64,000 bases of DNA. Origin: Epiperipatus broadwayi. Its lineage: Eukaryota; Animalia; Onychophora. Shown here in pieces: positions 24,010-37,535 of the stretch (position 1 is the stretch's first letter; the number at the start of each line of letters is the position of its first letter). The position numbers and the translations under genes were made by a program. The stretch covers positions 9,486,001 to 9,550,000 of the forward strand of contig JAQFVV010000010.1 in the NCBI GenBank assembly GCA_028023455.1. The letters run 5' to 3'. The notes beneath the pieces were generated by a model. The model did no database searches. It was given only the letters and a program-made list of their open reading frames with translations, and was not told where the DNA came from.

Positions 24010-26040
24010 TTATTTTATTATCATTCATCATCATTTTTTCAATCATTATTGATCTAATGCAGAACAGACTTCAAAATTTAATTTACTTTCTCTGCTGTTC
24101 CACAACAAACCAATAAACTTCCTTATTTCTTCCTTCCATTTTACATGTGATCTCATCTAAGTCTTTTAAATCTCTTGGGATCTAATTTAAAACTTCAACT
24201 CTCTATCTATTATAATCTCTTCTAAGAATGTCCAACTCAGCTCTGTTTCCATTTCTTATTCTTTTCAATAATGTTAGAGAGATATGTTTGTTCTCTCAAT
24301 CATGTATTTCAATTCAGGTCATCTTCCTTGTTACTCCTAGCATACAAATTTTCATATTACATTGAATGATGTACAATCTCTGGGCTCTTTTGCTAAATGT
24401 CCAAGACTCAGATTCATAAGTAAGGATAATAACGTATATGTATGCTGCATATTAAAAACTTTCTATTTCAAATATCTAGAAATATTTCCTTTAATGCTAA
24501 GTTCTTTCCACCAAAAATGTTCCACACAAATTTAATTCTATGATTAATTTGATTCATTATTTTTCCTTCTATATTAATAATATAATCAAGGTTTTTGTAG
24601 AAGTTAATATTTTGTAATTCATGATTATCAAGCTTCATTCCTTCTTCTTATAAAATCCATTGAACATTAGTCTTTTTAACAGTTATCTTTAGTCCTACTT
24701 TCTTATTTTCTTTTGATAACTCTTGCAACATTGAAGCAGTTTTGCAAAACCAACCACATCATCAGGAAAATTTAGATAACTAAAATAATGTTAGCTACTT
24801 TTTTAGCTTCCCATTTTAACACACAAAATACTTCTTATAAAGCTGCCATATAAAATTTTCAGAGATATGAAATTACCTGCTGTATACCTTCTCATTATTA
24901 ATCTTAATACCATCAGGTATTCTAGTTAATGTTGTTTCATTTTAAAATTAATTCTATCTTTTCCTTTTATTGATAAAAATAACTTTCTTTTCCAATACCA
25001 AAATGTTGTTTTAGACTTTTGAAATTTTTATTCTCTAGCCTTTCTTGCCAATTCTCATCACAATATTCTACATATTCATTCCTTCTTACTGGATTATTTT
25101 ATATATTTTCATATTTCTTGTTTACATTAAGCATTGTACTGTCTCAGTAGAAAATGAATTGGAAAACCAGCTCTCTTTCATTTCTTAGCAGAGTATCAGT
25201 TACCTTCTTATTGAATTCTACCAAGCCTGAATCATCTTCAAAATAGGCTAATATTTTAAAATGACTTGCAAATTAAGTTAGGAATATCAACTATTAATAA
25301 TGTTTTCATTAATAATTTTCAACTCTCCAGTTTTGCATTAACATGTATTTTACATCTCACTAAATGATCTAACTGGGAAAACACTACAAATTTGAAATAA
25401 ATATTTTCTTTTAATGAAAATATAATTCAATTTTGATGGCTATTTATTTGGATGCTTCCATGTCCACTTCCATTTTTCTCAAAAAAGAATTCATAATATA
25501 GTTTGCTTTGCTGCCAACTTCACAAGTCTACGTTCTCTTTCATTTCTAATACTATAACCAAATTTACTCATAGCACTTTCATCTTTCAATTGTTTACTAA
25601 TTCTAACATTACATCCTTCCATGACAATATAAAAATATTATTTGATCTAATCAGAAACATTTTGTACATTCATATAAAAATATGTGAACTTCTTAGAATG
25701 TAAAGCTGAATTATCTGTGTTTGGTATCTTCCATTAATTTGAATAACTAAACTTCCTGCTTTATCTGATATACCATGAATGTATACAAAATATTGTTCTT
25801 CCACTTTTTATTTATAATGAATTCTACACTATTTGTGCTTTCAATATTTGAGCTTTTGTAGTGAATTACATATCCAATTTTTAAAACAATTGTCTCTTCA
25901 TCTTTTTGTCTAACTTCACACAGTCCAATAATGTCCCATTTAATTTGAGAGTCTTTTTCTAATTCATGCAATCTTCATTTATTGAAAGGGATTGGAAGTT
26001 GTAAGATACCTAAATAAAAAAATTTCAAATGGCAACCTCG
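24010..26040 (-). mobile_element. Decayed RTE-clade LINE (APE endonuclease plus RT, internally deleted)
   Basis: WDIIGLCEVRQKDEETIVLK..G (25747-25971); RT motifs GIQQG..IS.K (about 24850-24890) and YLNFPDDVV (about 24752-24780); C-terminal LSYESESWT; many stops. Confidence 0.88.
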
Positions 26041-26892
26041 ATGTACTATTAGACTATAATTATTAACACCTTCATCATTGGTCACCTACCACTGACTTGA
26101 AACTTTACAGCTAATGAAACATGAAAAATTTAGGAAAGATAACTAAAATAAAAAAATAATTAAATTATTGTTTAAAGATTTGTTTAAATAAAACGCATAT
26201 ATATATATGCGAAGGCGAATTTATATGCTTACATACGCATTATTACGAACACATAATAGTTCAATCAAAAAATTAGTTATTAAAACCTTAAAACTAAATA
26301 AATATTTTTTCTTTTAAATTAAATAAATTTAAAATAAAATTCTAACATAGTTTTTATCTTTTTGTGAAAATGTAGTTTACATCTCATTAAAAAAATAATA
26401 TATTTTAAAGAAAACAATTTAAATTATTAAAAAAAAGGAAAGGAAATAAACATTCTCATTAATTAAATCTTAATAGTTGTTTTAGTTAGAAAGGAAAGTT
26501 AATCTCTATTTGCAAAACAAAATTATATAATAAGCTTGTTAGATAAATTTTAGAAATAGAAAATTATATTTATAAAAAATTTAATTAATTTTCACTCTTA
26601 TTTTTTCTTATTGTTTGTACACTCTCCTATGCTCTTGTATTTATTTTTTCTTATCCTGTGAAGTTGTTGAAAGTCTAGATATGTACTATTTACATTTTGC
26701 TATAAGTTATATCAAGCTTCAGTATAAGCTCACATCAATCCTTATATATTTGCCATTCAAGTTTAAGTCCGCAAAATGAAGTTTAAAATTTTGAAGTAAA
26801 ACAAATTAAACAACTATCAAATCATTTTTACAAATTGCCAGAATAATACTAATGTTTCCAGACAAAAATAAAATCCAGGACTTCTCATAATT

Positions 26893-26996
26893 TTTTTTCC
26901 CCATGTGTCGTAGCATCAGCCGGGACGCGTACCCGCTAACCAGGGACAACTGCTTGTAAAGCAGCTATCGCTGACCTCTCGACCACCAATGCTTGA
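26893..26996 (-). mobile_element. tRNA-Gly-derived SINE with 17-bp TSD
   Basis: TCAAGCATTGGTGGTCGAGAGGTCAGCGATAGCTGCTTTACAAGCAGTTG...GCGGGTACGCGTCCCGGCTGATGCTACGACAC plus A tail; TSD CAGGACTTCTCATAATT at 26876-26892 and 26997-27013. Confidence 0.85.
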
Positions 26997-27166
26997 CAGG
27001 ACTTCTCATAATTTGTGAATTGCAAAATTCAAATAGAATAAAATTAAATTTAGGAAAAAACACTATAACTAAAACAAGATCTTTCATCAAAAGCCATGGA
27101 AAAATAATTGCTGAATTTTAACACCACCAAGCGTTGTTAACACTGTGTTAAATATATCTAAAAGAA

Positions 27167-27272
27167 GTCAAGCATTGTTAGCCGAGAGGTCAGCGAAGCT
27201 GTCTTGCAAGCAAGCAGTTGGTTGCAGATGGTTGTTGCGGGTTCGCCTCCCTGCCGATGCTATGACATATGG
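27167..27272 (+). mobile_element. tRNA-Gly-derived SINE (second subfamily) with 17-bp TSD
   Basis: GTCAAGCATTGTTAGCCGAGAGGTCAGCG...GCGGGTTCGCCTCCCTGCCGATGCTATGACATATGG; TSD AAATATATCTAAAAGAA at 27150-27166 and 27273-27289. Confidence 0.85.
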
Positions 27273-30200
27273 AAATATATCTAAAAGAATACTTTTATAT
27301 TAATGGTTTTTATTTTAAAGACATTTTTATATCAGTTAAAAGAAATAACTGTTTTTCTTTAATATGAATAATTAGTCATTAGCAAAATAATATATAATTA
27401 ATATTGTCATTATAATATTGTATTATATTTTACTAAAATTATTATATTTATAATTTATATATTTTATTACATAGTTTTTTTTTTCAAACTTATTTTAAAA
27501 GTAAATTTAAAAATAAAGCAGTAAATGATATAAGATTATTAAAAGGGAAAGATATTTTTATTCTGATATTAAAACTTTTGAATAGGCTGAGACTAATATT
27601 ATTGATTTTTATTTTATTTTATGAATTTAAATAAAAGTAAGAAACAAAGAGATTAAGTGGACAACCATAAGACATTTGTTTTCCATTTACATAATCGACT
27701 TTCAAGATTTAAATTATTTAAAAATTACAGGATAATAAAAGTTATAAAAGAAATAAGTATAATTGACTTTTAAAGTAAATTTAATTAAGAAAATAAGTTT
27801 TAAAAATAGCTATTGTATTCATTTAAATTTATATAAAATGACTTGAAAATTTATATCATGAATTTATATCTGTGTACTCAGAATAGATACACAAATAATT
27901 AGAAGAAAAAAATATTTTAATTAAAGTGATTCAATAAGAAATTATAATGTTAAATGCAAGCAGTGACATCTTTACTTCATGTTTAAAGAGGTAAAGAGGT
28001 TTATTTAAACTTCATTGTATCAATATTTCATACTCTGTAGTCAAGTTGCAATCTTTAAGTGTCCATATATATTCAATGGACCATTTAGAATGGCTTTCCA
28101 TTCTTGCTATTAAAAGGTGAGAAGGTTGCCTTGACAACAGTGAGAAATATTGATTACTATCCTTATTGTGAATGTTTATGTGGTTACTGGTGGTTTCTAA
28201 TGGTTACTAATTATTCCAATTAGCTTTAAACATTATTTCACACACACATACATATATATACTACCACAATTTGAATTAGTTCTCAAACTTCCTGTACTTG
28301 TATCTTTTACACCATGTATTTGAGATGAATACATTAATAGCTCTTACTAATCAGTGATTAATTTTAAATTCAGTTAAAGATTATATCTGTTTTTTTAGAA
28401 GTTTTAAGTATATATTTATATTGATGAAATGATGAAGACAGGTGTAAGTGATTGTGAACCGGCACAATAAAGAGATTTTCAGAATGGCTCCTAATTGAAT
28501 GACATTATTATAAGCGCTACCAATTTAGATATATAATAATTAAATCACAGAGGTGATTGTTTTTGATATGGCTGATAATATTCCTGTAGGACAGGATAAT
28601 ATATTGCATGAACAGATGTCAGTGCAAAATATACTGGCTGAAATTTGGCACTAAGAATTAAACAACCTATTTATATTTTTTTTTCATGAATGTCTTTGAA
28701 TAGAAATTGGATGAAATCTTTCAGGAGATTATTTTCTCATTACAAATTGTGGGTATAATTCTTGTGATTATATTAGTTGTGTTACCATAATGTTTTGCAT
28801 GGCAATAAAAAAAATATATAGTTAATTTAAGATGACGGGTCATAAAGAGGAACAATAATAATACATAAAAAGATAAAAGAAAACTAAATGTTTTACCATT
28901 TAGTAAATTTTACTTTAAGATAATAGTCATTAAAATACCAATCATAAAGCACAATTTTATCTTATTTATGGAGAGATAATTTTATTATAAGAATGTTATA
29001 TGTATGCATGAGGAAAAAATGGAAACAAACCAATGGATTTGTTTTATTGTAAAAATATATATATTAATATTATTGAAGATTAATTTCTGTAATAAATATT
29101 AACTAGTTGATTGTCCTGATGCCATATTGAAATGATCTGAGACACAATTTTCACAATAACTTCAGTTTTAATAATGTTAGAGCAAAAAATTTTACATTGA
29201 TAGAAACTAAAAAAACTAAGGAAAACAATAAAGCTAAGATATTACCATTTACAAAATAAGAAAAAAAAGCAATTTCAATATCCAACATAATTACTATTTT
29301 ATTGTTTGTTCACAATTTCTAATTTATCATTAATTAAGTTTAAATTACATCTTCAGTGATAATTTCTTTGTATTCCTCACAAAATTATCTTTCAAACCAT
29401 ATACAACACTTCTTACCTGAGCTAATACATAGTTTCAGAGTCTCCAAAACAAGTTGCATAAGAATTCTTCATTTTTATCTTGTATCCCAAAAGTTAACAA
29501 ATTTCAAAGGCATCTATAAGAAAAAGATTCATCTTAATAAAAGATACAAAACAAATCATTTGCAGAAGGTGGATAATATTTTAATTTGCAAAGCATATAG
29601 TTGAAAACTGAAATAAATCAAGATACTGAAAATCTCTAGTCATCATTACAACACATAACTGACAGCCAATCAGATGTCAAGGATAGCTGTCTTAAATAAC
29701 ATCAAACCTAAACACACAACAAAGATTTTACGAGAGAAGGTGGATATGTATTTGTCATCATAGCAATTGGCTTCTGGTCTATCTAAAACTAGAAATTGTA
29801 GACTACTGTCTGTATTAATAATAAAATGAGTTTCATCTCTTCATTTTATATTTATTGTGTACACCAGTGATACTTATATTCTTTATGCACCCCAGTGATG
29901 CTGTCTTGTTATATTTATTGTCCCACAGAAATATAATTTATTTTCTTATAGCTCATTTGCTAGCTATAGACTTGAAAATAATGTGATGCAAGATGTGGCA
30001 AAACTACTGACTCCACAGCATGAGTATCAAAGTATAGGTGAGAATCAGAATTTGATTCTTTGCCTACATACAATTCTATGTGGTATATACATAACTATTG
30101 TAGTTATCACTTCACACACACCATTTAAAATCTCTCTTTAGTGGATTCAAGTGTTTATATTTTCACATGGTACTATGCCCAATAACTTTTGTGATTGTTT

Positions 30201-30354
30201 TATCAACTGCAACCATTCTGTACATCTGTAATCAGTCTTAAAATTTACATTGCACTGCTCTATATATATAAATAATTATTTGTTATACAAGCACAAACAT
30301 GCAAGTGCAAACACAAATACACTAATACAAATATAAACACATTAATAAATTATT

Positions 30355-30470
30355 AAATAAAATAAAATAAAGTTGCCTCAAACTTAGACCCAAAATTTCA
30401 TTGTACAAAATAAAATAAAATAAAGTTGCCTCAAACTTGGATCAGAGACCCAAAATTTCATTGTACATAA
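30355..30470. repeat. Local tandem duplication, about 55-60 bp unit
   Basis: AATAAAATAAAGTTGCCTCAAACTT...AGACCCAAAATTTCATTGTACA occurs twice. Confidence 0.85.
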
Positions 30471-30591
30471 ATCACTTTTGTTATATTTGAATACAAATTT
30501 ATATACTGTATAATAAAGAGCATAAATGATTCGATATTATGTAATTCATATACTACACAAATACACCAATACAAATGTAAACACATTAATA

Positions 30592-30714
30592 AATTATACT
30601 TTTATAAAATAATTTTAAAAAATTTAAAATATTATTCAAATAATTAAAAAATTATACTATTTATAAAATAATTTTAAAAAATTTAAAATATTATTCAAAT
30701 AATTAAAAAATTAA
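30592..30714. repeat. Local tandem duplication, about 60 bp unit
   Basis: AAATTATACT..TTTATAAAATAATTTTAAAAAATTTAAAATATTATTCAAATAATTAAAA occurs twice. Confidence 0.85.
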
Positions 30715-32732
30715 AATTGAATACTTAGGACTGCATGATTATGTTTTTATCATGTTGAAGACCTTAAAATGCAAACCATCAGCATATTTTTAATCTATTT
30801 TACTAATCTGGCCAATAAAGATTTTCTGTCTTTGTCATCTTCATGAAATCTAGTAAACTGACCAGAAAAGAAAAAAATTAAATGCACCCATTAATAAAAA
30901 CATTAATAAAAAATTCAGATTTTATCTGATTTCAAATTGTGATACACCATTTTAAAGATGGAATTAAGCAGCAACAAATGCCAGGTTTCTGTTGATGTCA
31001 TGCTTATAGTTTTCATGCAATTTAAAAAAAAACGAAAATTTCACCAAATCAGCAGCCACAAGTGCATGACATGCTACAATGGAGCAAATAAAAGAAATAA
31101 ATCGTTGTAATTAATTATTGTTATTTTTTTAAAAAATATTAATGTGTGACATGTGATTATTTTTATTTTTGTTTATTATAAAGAGTTTTGTTTAAAAAAT
31201 GCTATGCTGAATGCAGGAACATAAAAGATTTTCTTAAATGTGATTGTCTGATAGATGGGAAGGCGGGAAAATGAAAATACAAGCTAAGTTCTGGAACTGA
31301 AGGATAACAGAAAAGTGGAACTCTGGAATTGATAAATCAAGGACCTATTTATTTATTTTGGAAATTATAAACAAAAATTGAATTCTAAATAAAAATAAAT
31401 AAATAAAAGGGAGAAATTTGTTTCTCTTCTTGATCAGACTTTCAAGGAGCTAGGTTAATGATTAATGGAGTAGTAGTTTAGCTTAAGTTTATGCTTCTCT
31501 CTCTCTCTATTTTATTTAATAATGATTCTACTATGGAAGAAAAGTATGAAATATTCAGATGCATTAATTTAAATAATCACTATGATTCAATCATCGGATA
31601 ATGCCATGGACAGCATATCGTTAATTAGGCAAGAAGAGAAGAAAACATTATACTTGATAAAACAGACTAAACACTTATTATTTTTAATAGTATCCTTTCA
31701 ATGCATTAAATGATTCGAATGATAATATTGTTTTATTATTAATTTCTTAGTTTTATTTCAAAATATTATTGATGAAAAAGTTAACGCATTCTAAAAATAA
31801 CAATTCACACAATTTGTCTAATAGTTATTAACTTTTAAAAAAAGTGTATTCTATTTAAAAATAATATTTAAAAAAATATCGATGAGAAAATGTTTTTATT
31901 GATTGTCTATATATGAATACCTGTAAGATTTCTAAACAAATAGTTAGAAAAAAATGTAAGCAAACACTTTTATAATTGGATATTGTTTATCATCTTTTAA
32001 AATAAGTATAGATAAATGGAAGATAAACAGAACGTTATAAATATCCATTTTTGAACTACATAAATAGACTTTATTTTATGAAACTGAGCAGATATTTTTA
32101 TTTTTTGTAGATTGGTAAAGAAATTTTGTTTGTTATGTCTTTGAAGTTTGATTATAAATTTGTGTTAGAGGAGCAAAACCTCAGTTTTTATGCATTAAGA
32201 AAATATATTATTGTGTATATGCAATAAGTTTAAAGAATTATGTATTTTATTTATGATGATGATGATGTACGAAGTACAGTACTGTTGCTAATGAATGCAG
32301 CAGTATTCTATACTGAATAGATATAATTTATATAAAAGCAATATGAAGAGTATATAAATGAAATATTGTATATAAAAGCAAGTGTTTTTGTTAATGCAAA
32401 GATGATTTTCCACTCTAAAGAGAATAAAATTAAATAGCATGATAGAATATATATTTGATAAAAGATTTAAGAAGTACATTCTTCTCAGTAATTTATAAAA
32501 GGTTTTAGGATTATTAATGTTAATATGACATAAAATTTCTGCTCAAGTTCATAATTGTAACATTTAACAAACCAATATAAATTATAGATGTTAAGCAAAC
32601 ATACAGAATGATAGTAATTGATATGCATGAGCAAAAAAATATTCATTATTGTCTTGCAAATATTTAAAGTTTATTTTATATGTGCCTATGAATTCTAGTG
32701 TTAAAACTGTAGATTAATTTCTAACTTAAACA

Positions 32733-32829
32733 ATTTTTTTTTCTCATGTGTCATAGCATCAGCCAGGAAGCAAACCCGCTAACGCGGGACAACTGCTTGT
32801 AAGCTGTTGCTGACCTCTTGACCACCAAT
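32733..32829 (-). mobile_element. tRNA-Gly-derived SINE
   Basis: Close homologue of 26893-26996, with an A-rich tail. Confidence 0.8.
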
Positions 32830-33499
32830 TCTACAAAAGAAAGTAGGAGTTCAAATTTTAAAAAAAATAACCATGGATAGTCAATTTTATGATCAGTAAA
32901 AATAAAAGTGAATAATATTGTACACACCAAGAACTTATTATATTTTCTTATTAATTTACTTATTGTTTCATTGTTAATTTAATTTTGTATTATATTTTAT
33001 TCATATATGTTATGTAGTAAAAATCTATACTGCTGTAGTCAATTACCATAATGATCCTTGGTCTCAATTTCATTTATGTATTTATTTTATTTTGAATTTT
33101 ATGTATATCTGGTAATGATAGATATTATGATAGGTTTATTACATAATTTCATTATGTTCTCTTTTTTATCATCATAACATTCAATATTTATCTCATGATT
33201 TGTTGGATGACTGTAAGGTGAATGCAAGATAGAGAGAAGTAGTACAAATATGTAATGGGTAAGCAGCCTAACTTTCATGATGCATGTAATTTAAAAATAT
33301 ATGAAAGTTAGAATGGATTGTAATCCGTTTTTAATTAGAAATTTTTACTGACCATTATAATTTGGCTTCCCATTCATGGAGTATCTTAATATGCTACTTT
33401 TCAACTATTATATACATATATATTATTGCATGATTAGTTGCTCAAAAGATTATGTGGACAATCAAGCAATCAAACGCTAAAATAAATATGGCAATTCTT

Positions 33500-33662
33500 T
33501 TGTTTAGATTATGAATGTTACAATAATTTAAAGTTGTAATTATAAATTTATTAAACGCACATTGATTACATAAGTAATATTTACTGAGGCTATAACCTCG
33601 ACAATATGCGTATGAAATGCGATAGCAGGGACCTCTACAGGTGTTTTAATCACAAGCTTATG
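33500..33662. repeat. Partial copy of the palindromic element at 49768-49912
   Basis: Shares TAAGTAATATTTACT..G..ATA.ACCTC...GAAATGCGA and the GACCTCTACAGGT core, plus left-flank similarity. Confidence 0.65.
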
Positions 33663-34319
33663 CTATGGAAGAAAAGAGGGGAACCCAGTGTTTTGAAAGA
33701 CTATTACACATTCCACAAATTCAGACAAATGATGATTTCAATATTTTCAAATTGATATATGTCTATTATATTATAGTATATGATAAAATGTTTTGGATTT
33801 ACAAATTAACCTTATTTCCTGTAGACGATGAAGTTCCTGGAACTTTTTAAAAAAGTTATATTAAATTAATTTCTGACTTATTTGTTTAAAATAATTCATG
33901 TTTCCAGTTGATTTGATTTACACTCAGGATAATATTAATTACTATTAATTAATTAATAGCCTGTCTTCAAAATACATTAAATACACACATACATGCTTCA
34001 GCTATTAATGCTAAATTTATAATAATGCAATTTAAATATATTACGTGTGTTTACTCTTGTTTTCTTCTAGTGATAACTTTATTAAAACAAGACAAATATA
34101 TATAATGATAAATAAATATTTGTGTTAAATAAATGTACATTAATTAACTTTACTTAATCTTTTTAAAAGTTCCAATATTTTATATTGGTGCGATCTTTCA
34201 AATGGTTTTAAAATGATTAAAATTCTTTAAGTATTTTGATTATAAAATTCCAGCAAATGGGACAGTAAATATTGATAAAATTCTAGCTTTTAAATTAAAA
34301 TCCATTAACTTTGATACTT

Positions 34320-37300
34320 AAAATTAGCCATCAATAACTCTGCTGCTGGAGGAGTAGGAGTGCTTATTAACAAGAAGTGCCCTCCCAATAAATTTAAAGT
34401 GCTTTATGAAAACAACAACCTGATTGCTCTAAACTTAACATATGGATCAAGTAACACAAACTCATTTTATGTATATGCCCTCAATAACAGAGAAGTACAT
34501 TTAAGAATCATCGACACTATAAATATACTGACTTCCAATAACAATATGCCTGCTATTCTAATGGGAAAATTTAATCTATCCTATAAAGAATATGACAAAA
34601 AATATATTCATCTCCTCAACAGAGGATTTCTTGATGGTAGAGGGTATTTTCCTCCTAATGCATTTTCATTCCACATGAAAGTTCATCACTCCCTGATAGA
34701 CTTGTTATTTTATACAGCAGAATTTCACTTCTGTATTGAAGCATTTCTTCAGCTAGCAGTCTCTACAGACCACCATGCCATAGTTACAGACCGGCAGCTT
34801 CAAAACTTCCCTATAATAAGCTCCAACAATACCATAAGAGTCCTCACTCATGCTTTTCACAACTGAGGCAGTATTCTCTGAGGCCTACATTCTTTTCCAA
34901 AAAATTGACATCCTCGCTAGGTCTCCAGAGGAAGCTTGGTTCTCTCTTGTGGGAATTCTACAGTTGCTCATAGTACAACACACCAGAAGATCTAAAGGGC
35001 CTACAACACTTTTTAATAAACTGGAACAAATCTATCACAGAATCAATGCATTCAACATCGACAATGAGTCATTGGCAAGGTTGCTTGGCCTTAAACATCA
35101 ATATAAGAACAAGCAATTGGCCATTGCGGAATACATAGCAATTAAAAGATCCAAAATATATCTACCTAATCAGCATTGTTGAACTGGAGCATATCTTCAC
35201 TGGTCATTGGGGTACAAACCTAAATAATCCATGCTCTCAACCATCATCATCAATGGTTCCAATTATACTGGAATTCATATGCTACAGAAAATGCAATCAT
35301 CCTTTAAAGAAAGATTACAAAATTGTGAATCCAGAGTTGACCTTTCTTGGAATGACTTTTATCCTATAGGTGGACATGGCATCATGGAGATTGACATAAA
35401 GAATCGCTTAGCAGCTCTTCCTAAACACATACATACTGGTATGCATGCCATACCTAAGTTTATGCTTCTCCATTTTAGCAACATTGTGATTCCGATCATA
35501 ATGGGAATGATAAAACATCTTTCAACATAAAAAAGGGTAATTCCTAACCTTTACCCTATTGCAGCCTTTACCCTATCGCAATGGTGCCATTCCTGAAGAA
35601 ACATAAGGAACCTACCTCCATCTACAGCATTAGACCAATTTCAATGACTCCTATCTTATTCAAAATCATAGGTGTCATTGAAGAAAAAATAGAGTCCAAA
35701 ATCATTCATAACATTTAAAAAATTTAGTATGATAAAAAGGGTTTATCAATCCTTACTGCCATGACAGAAGTTAAAGTTCTCCTTGACAATGTCAGATCAA
35801 ATAGGCTATCAAAACCAATTGCAGTTCAGATTGACATAGCTGAGGCTTTTGACATGGTAAATCCTAACATCCTGCTTGAACTTCTAGGAAAATGCAACAT
35901 TTCTTCGAAGATCATACATAATACTAGATAATCTATTATATAACAGACTCATTCACCTCACACTTAATGGAACCTTCACAGATGGATTCACACCTAAGTG
36001 CTCCATACCTCAAGGGTCTCCGCTTAGTGTGTTGCTGATTTAATGCTATATAGACCTTCTTTTAAAGTCTATAGATTCCCTCCCAGGAATTTATATACCA
36101 AGAATCAAGAAATCCATGACATCCATTGCATACATGGATGATGTCATAATATTCCTGCCATCACATAAGTATCTTAAACCTCTTTATCTTTTACTTGACA
36201 AATTTTCTAGCTCATCTCAACTATGCATTAACCACAGCAAGTCCTCTGTATGGCGAATATTAAATGGAAAGAGAATCCAATCCAAATTTCTTGCCAAGCC
36301 CCAAAATTTCTTGGTGTTCCCTATATATAAGTCTCAACTTGCCATGTCCAAAAATATTCAGAATATTATTATTGAACAAACAACTACCTAACACAGGGGC
36401 TTTTGAAGGTCTATTTGTCTCTGCAAGGCAAGGTGGCTCTGTTAAATATGAAAGTAATGGCCAAGATCACCTACTATCTTCCATTCATTATCATCACCAA
36501 GACATTCCTGTCCAGAGTTTATAGGCTATGTGTGTGACTATTTTGGAAAAGTCGCACTTCTTCCATCAGCACAGCAAAAATTCAATTCCATAGGAAACTG
36601 AATGGAATATCCCTTCATTCCATTCAGGCAATATTCTATCAAAAAGCACACCCAGTGGTAGTCAACCTGACACAAAAATATGATAGCATCCTCACAACAG
36701 AACCAATAACTCCCACCAATATGCCTTCTCTTGAAAAGTCCTCTTGAATAGACCCAATCCTCTTCCATCTTTACAAATTCAACGGCATGTCCTCTGAATG
36801 CTTTCACACCAAAATCTCCATTTGGATCACCCACTCATTAATGAACCCTCAATCTTCACAATTAAGACCAAGGCTTGGAGAAACAAATCACAAAATCACT
36901 ACCCTATTCAAGTTCTTATTGATGGAGCCAAAGTTCTTAGATTTTTTTACTTAAAGCTAACTTGAACTCAATTCCAACAAACTATTTCCTTCATTACAGA
37001 AGATTTCTAAAAAAACATAGATCCTTCCTGTCCTGTCTTTAACAGATAGGAAAAAAACATTCGAGCATATGATTCTATCCTGCACAGGCTTGACATCAGT
37101 AAGGCTAATGATAGCCCCAAATACCTCAATGGATTATTATAGGATTCTATCTATTAAGGATTCCATGAAGGACCGAAACTCCCTTCACATAAGAATGTCA
37201 ACCTTTATTACATACTCACTGTGGATAACTAGATGCAAGATCACCTTCAATATTCCAAAACTGAATGCAAAGGCAATATTCATCAGTACTCTTAAAAAGA

Positions 37301-37535
37301 TTTTAAAAAAGATGAAATTCTATCAACAAAATTCCTTTATGAGGCCACTTGGAGTCTGTTCAAAATCCACAGCATCCAAATATCCTTATAATCACTTATA
37401 GAATGAACTAAACCAGTGTCTAAAGTAGCTGATTTCTTTGAATAAGAAAACACCAATAAGTCAATGTTCCAAATGTACTACATAATTCACCCTCAGAGCC
37501 TTCTCTAATAAAGTTAATTTGAATTAAAAAAAAAC
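34320..37535 (+). mobile_element. Decayed L1/Tx1-like LINE ORF2 (APE endonuclease, RT, C-terminal domain), 5'-truncated
   Basis: NSAAGGVGVLINK and ILMGKFN endonuclease motifs; QIDIAEAFDMVN, PQGSPLS and AYMDDVIIF RT motifs; SLWITRCKITF C-terminus; AATAAA and an A-run at 37508-37534; frameshifts throughout. Confidence 0.88.

Noticed and set aside
26905-27272. Initial impression of 5S rRNA or an inverted-repeat element
   Set aside because: Sequences align to tRNA-Gly heads and each has its own TSD, so they are two independent SINE insertions.
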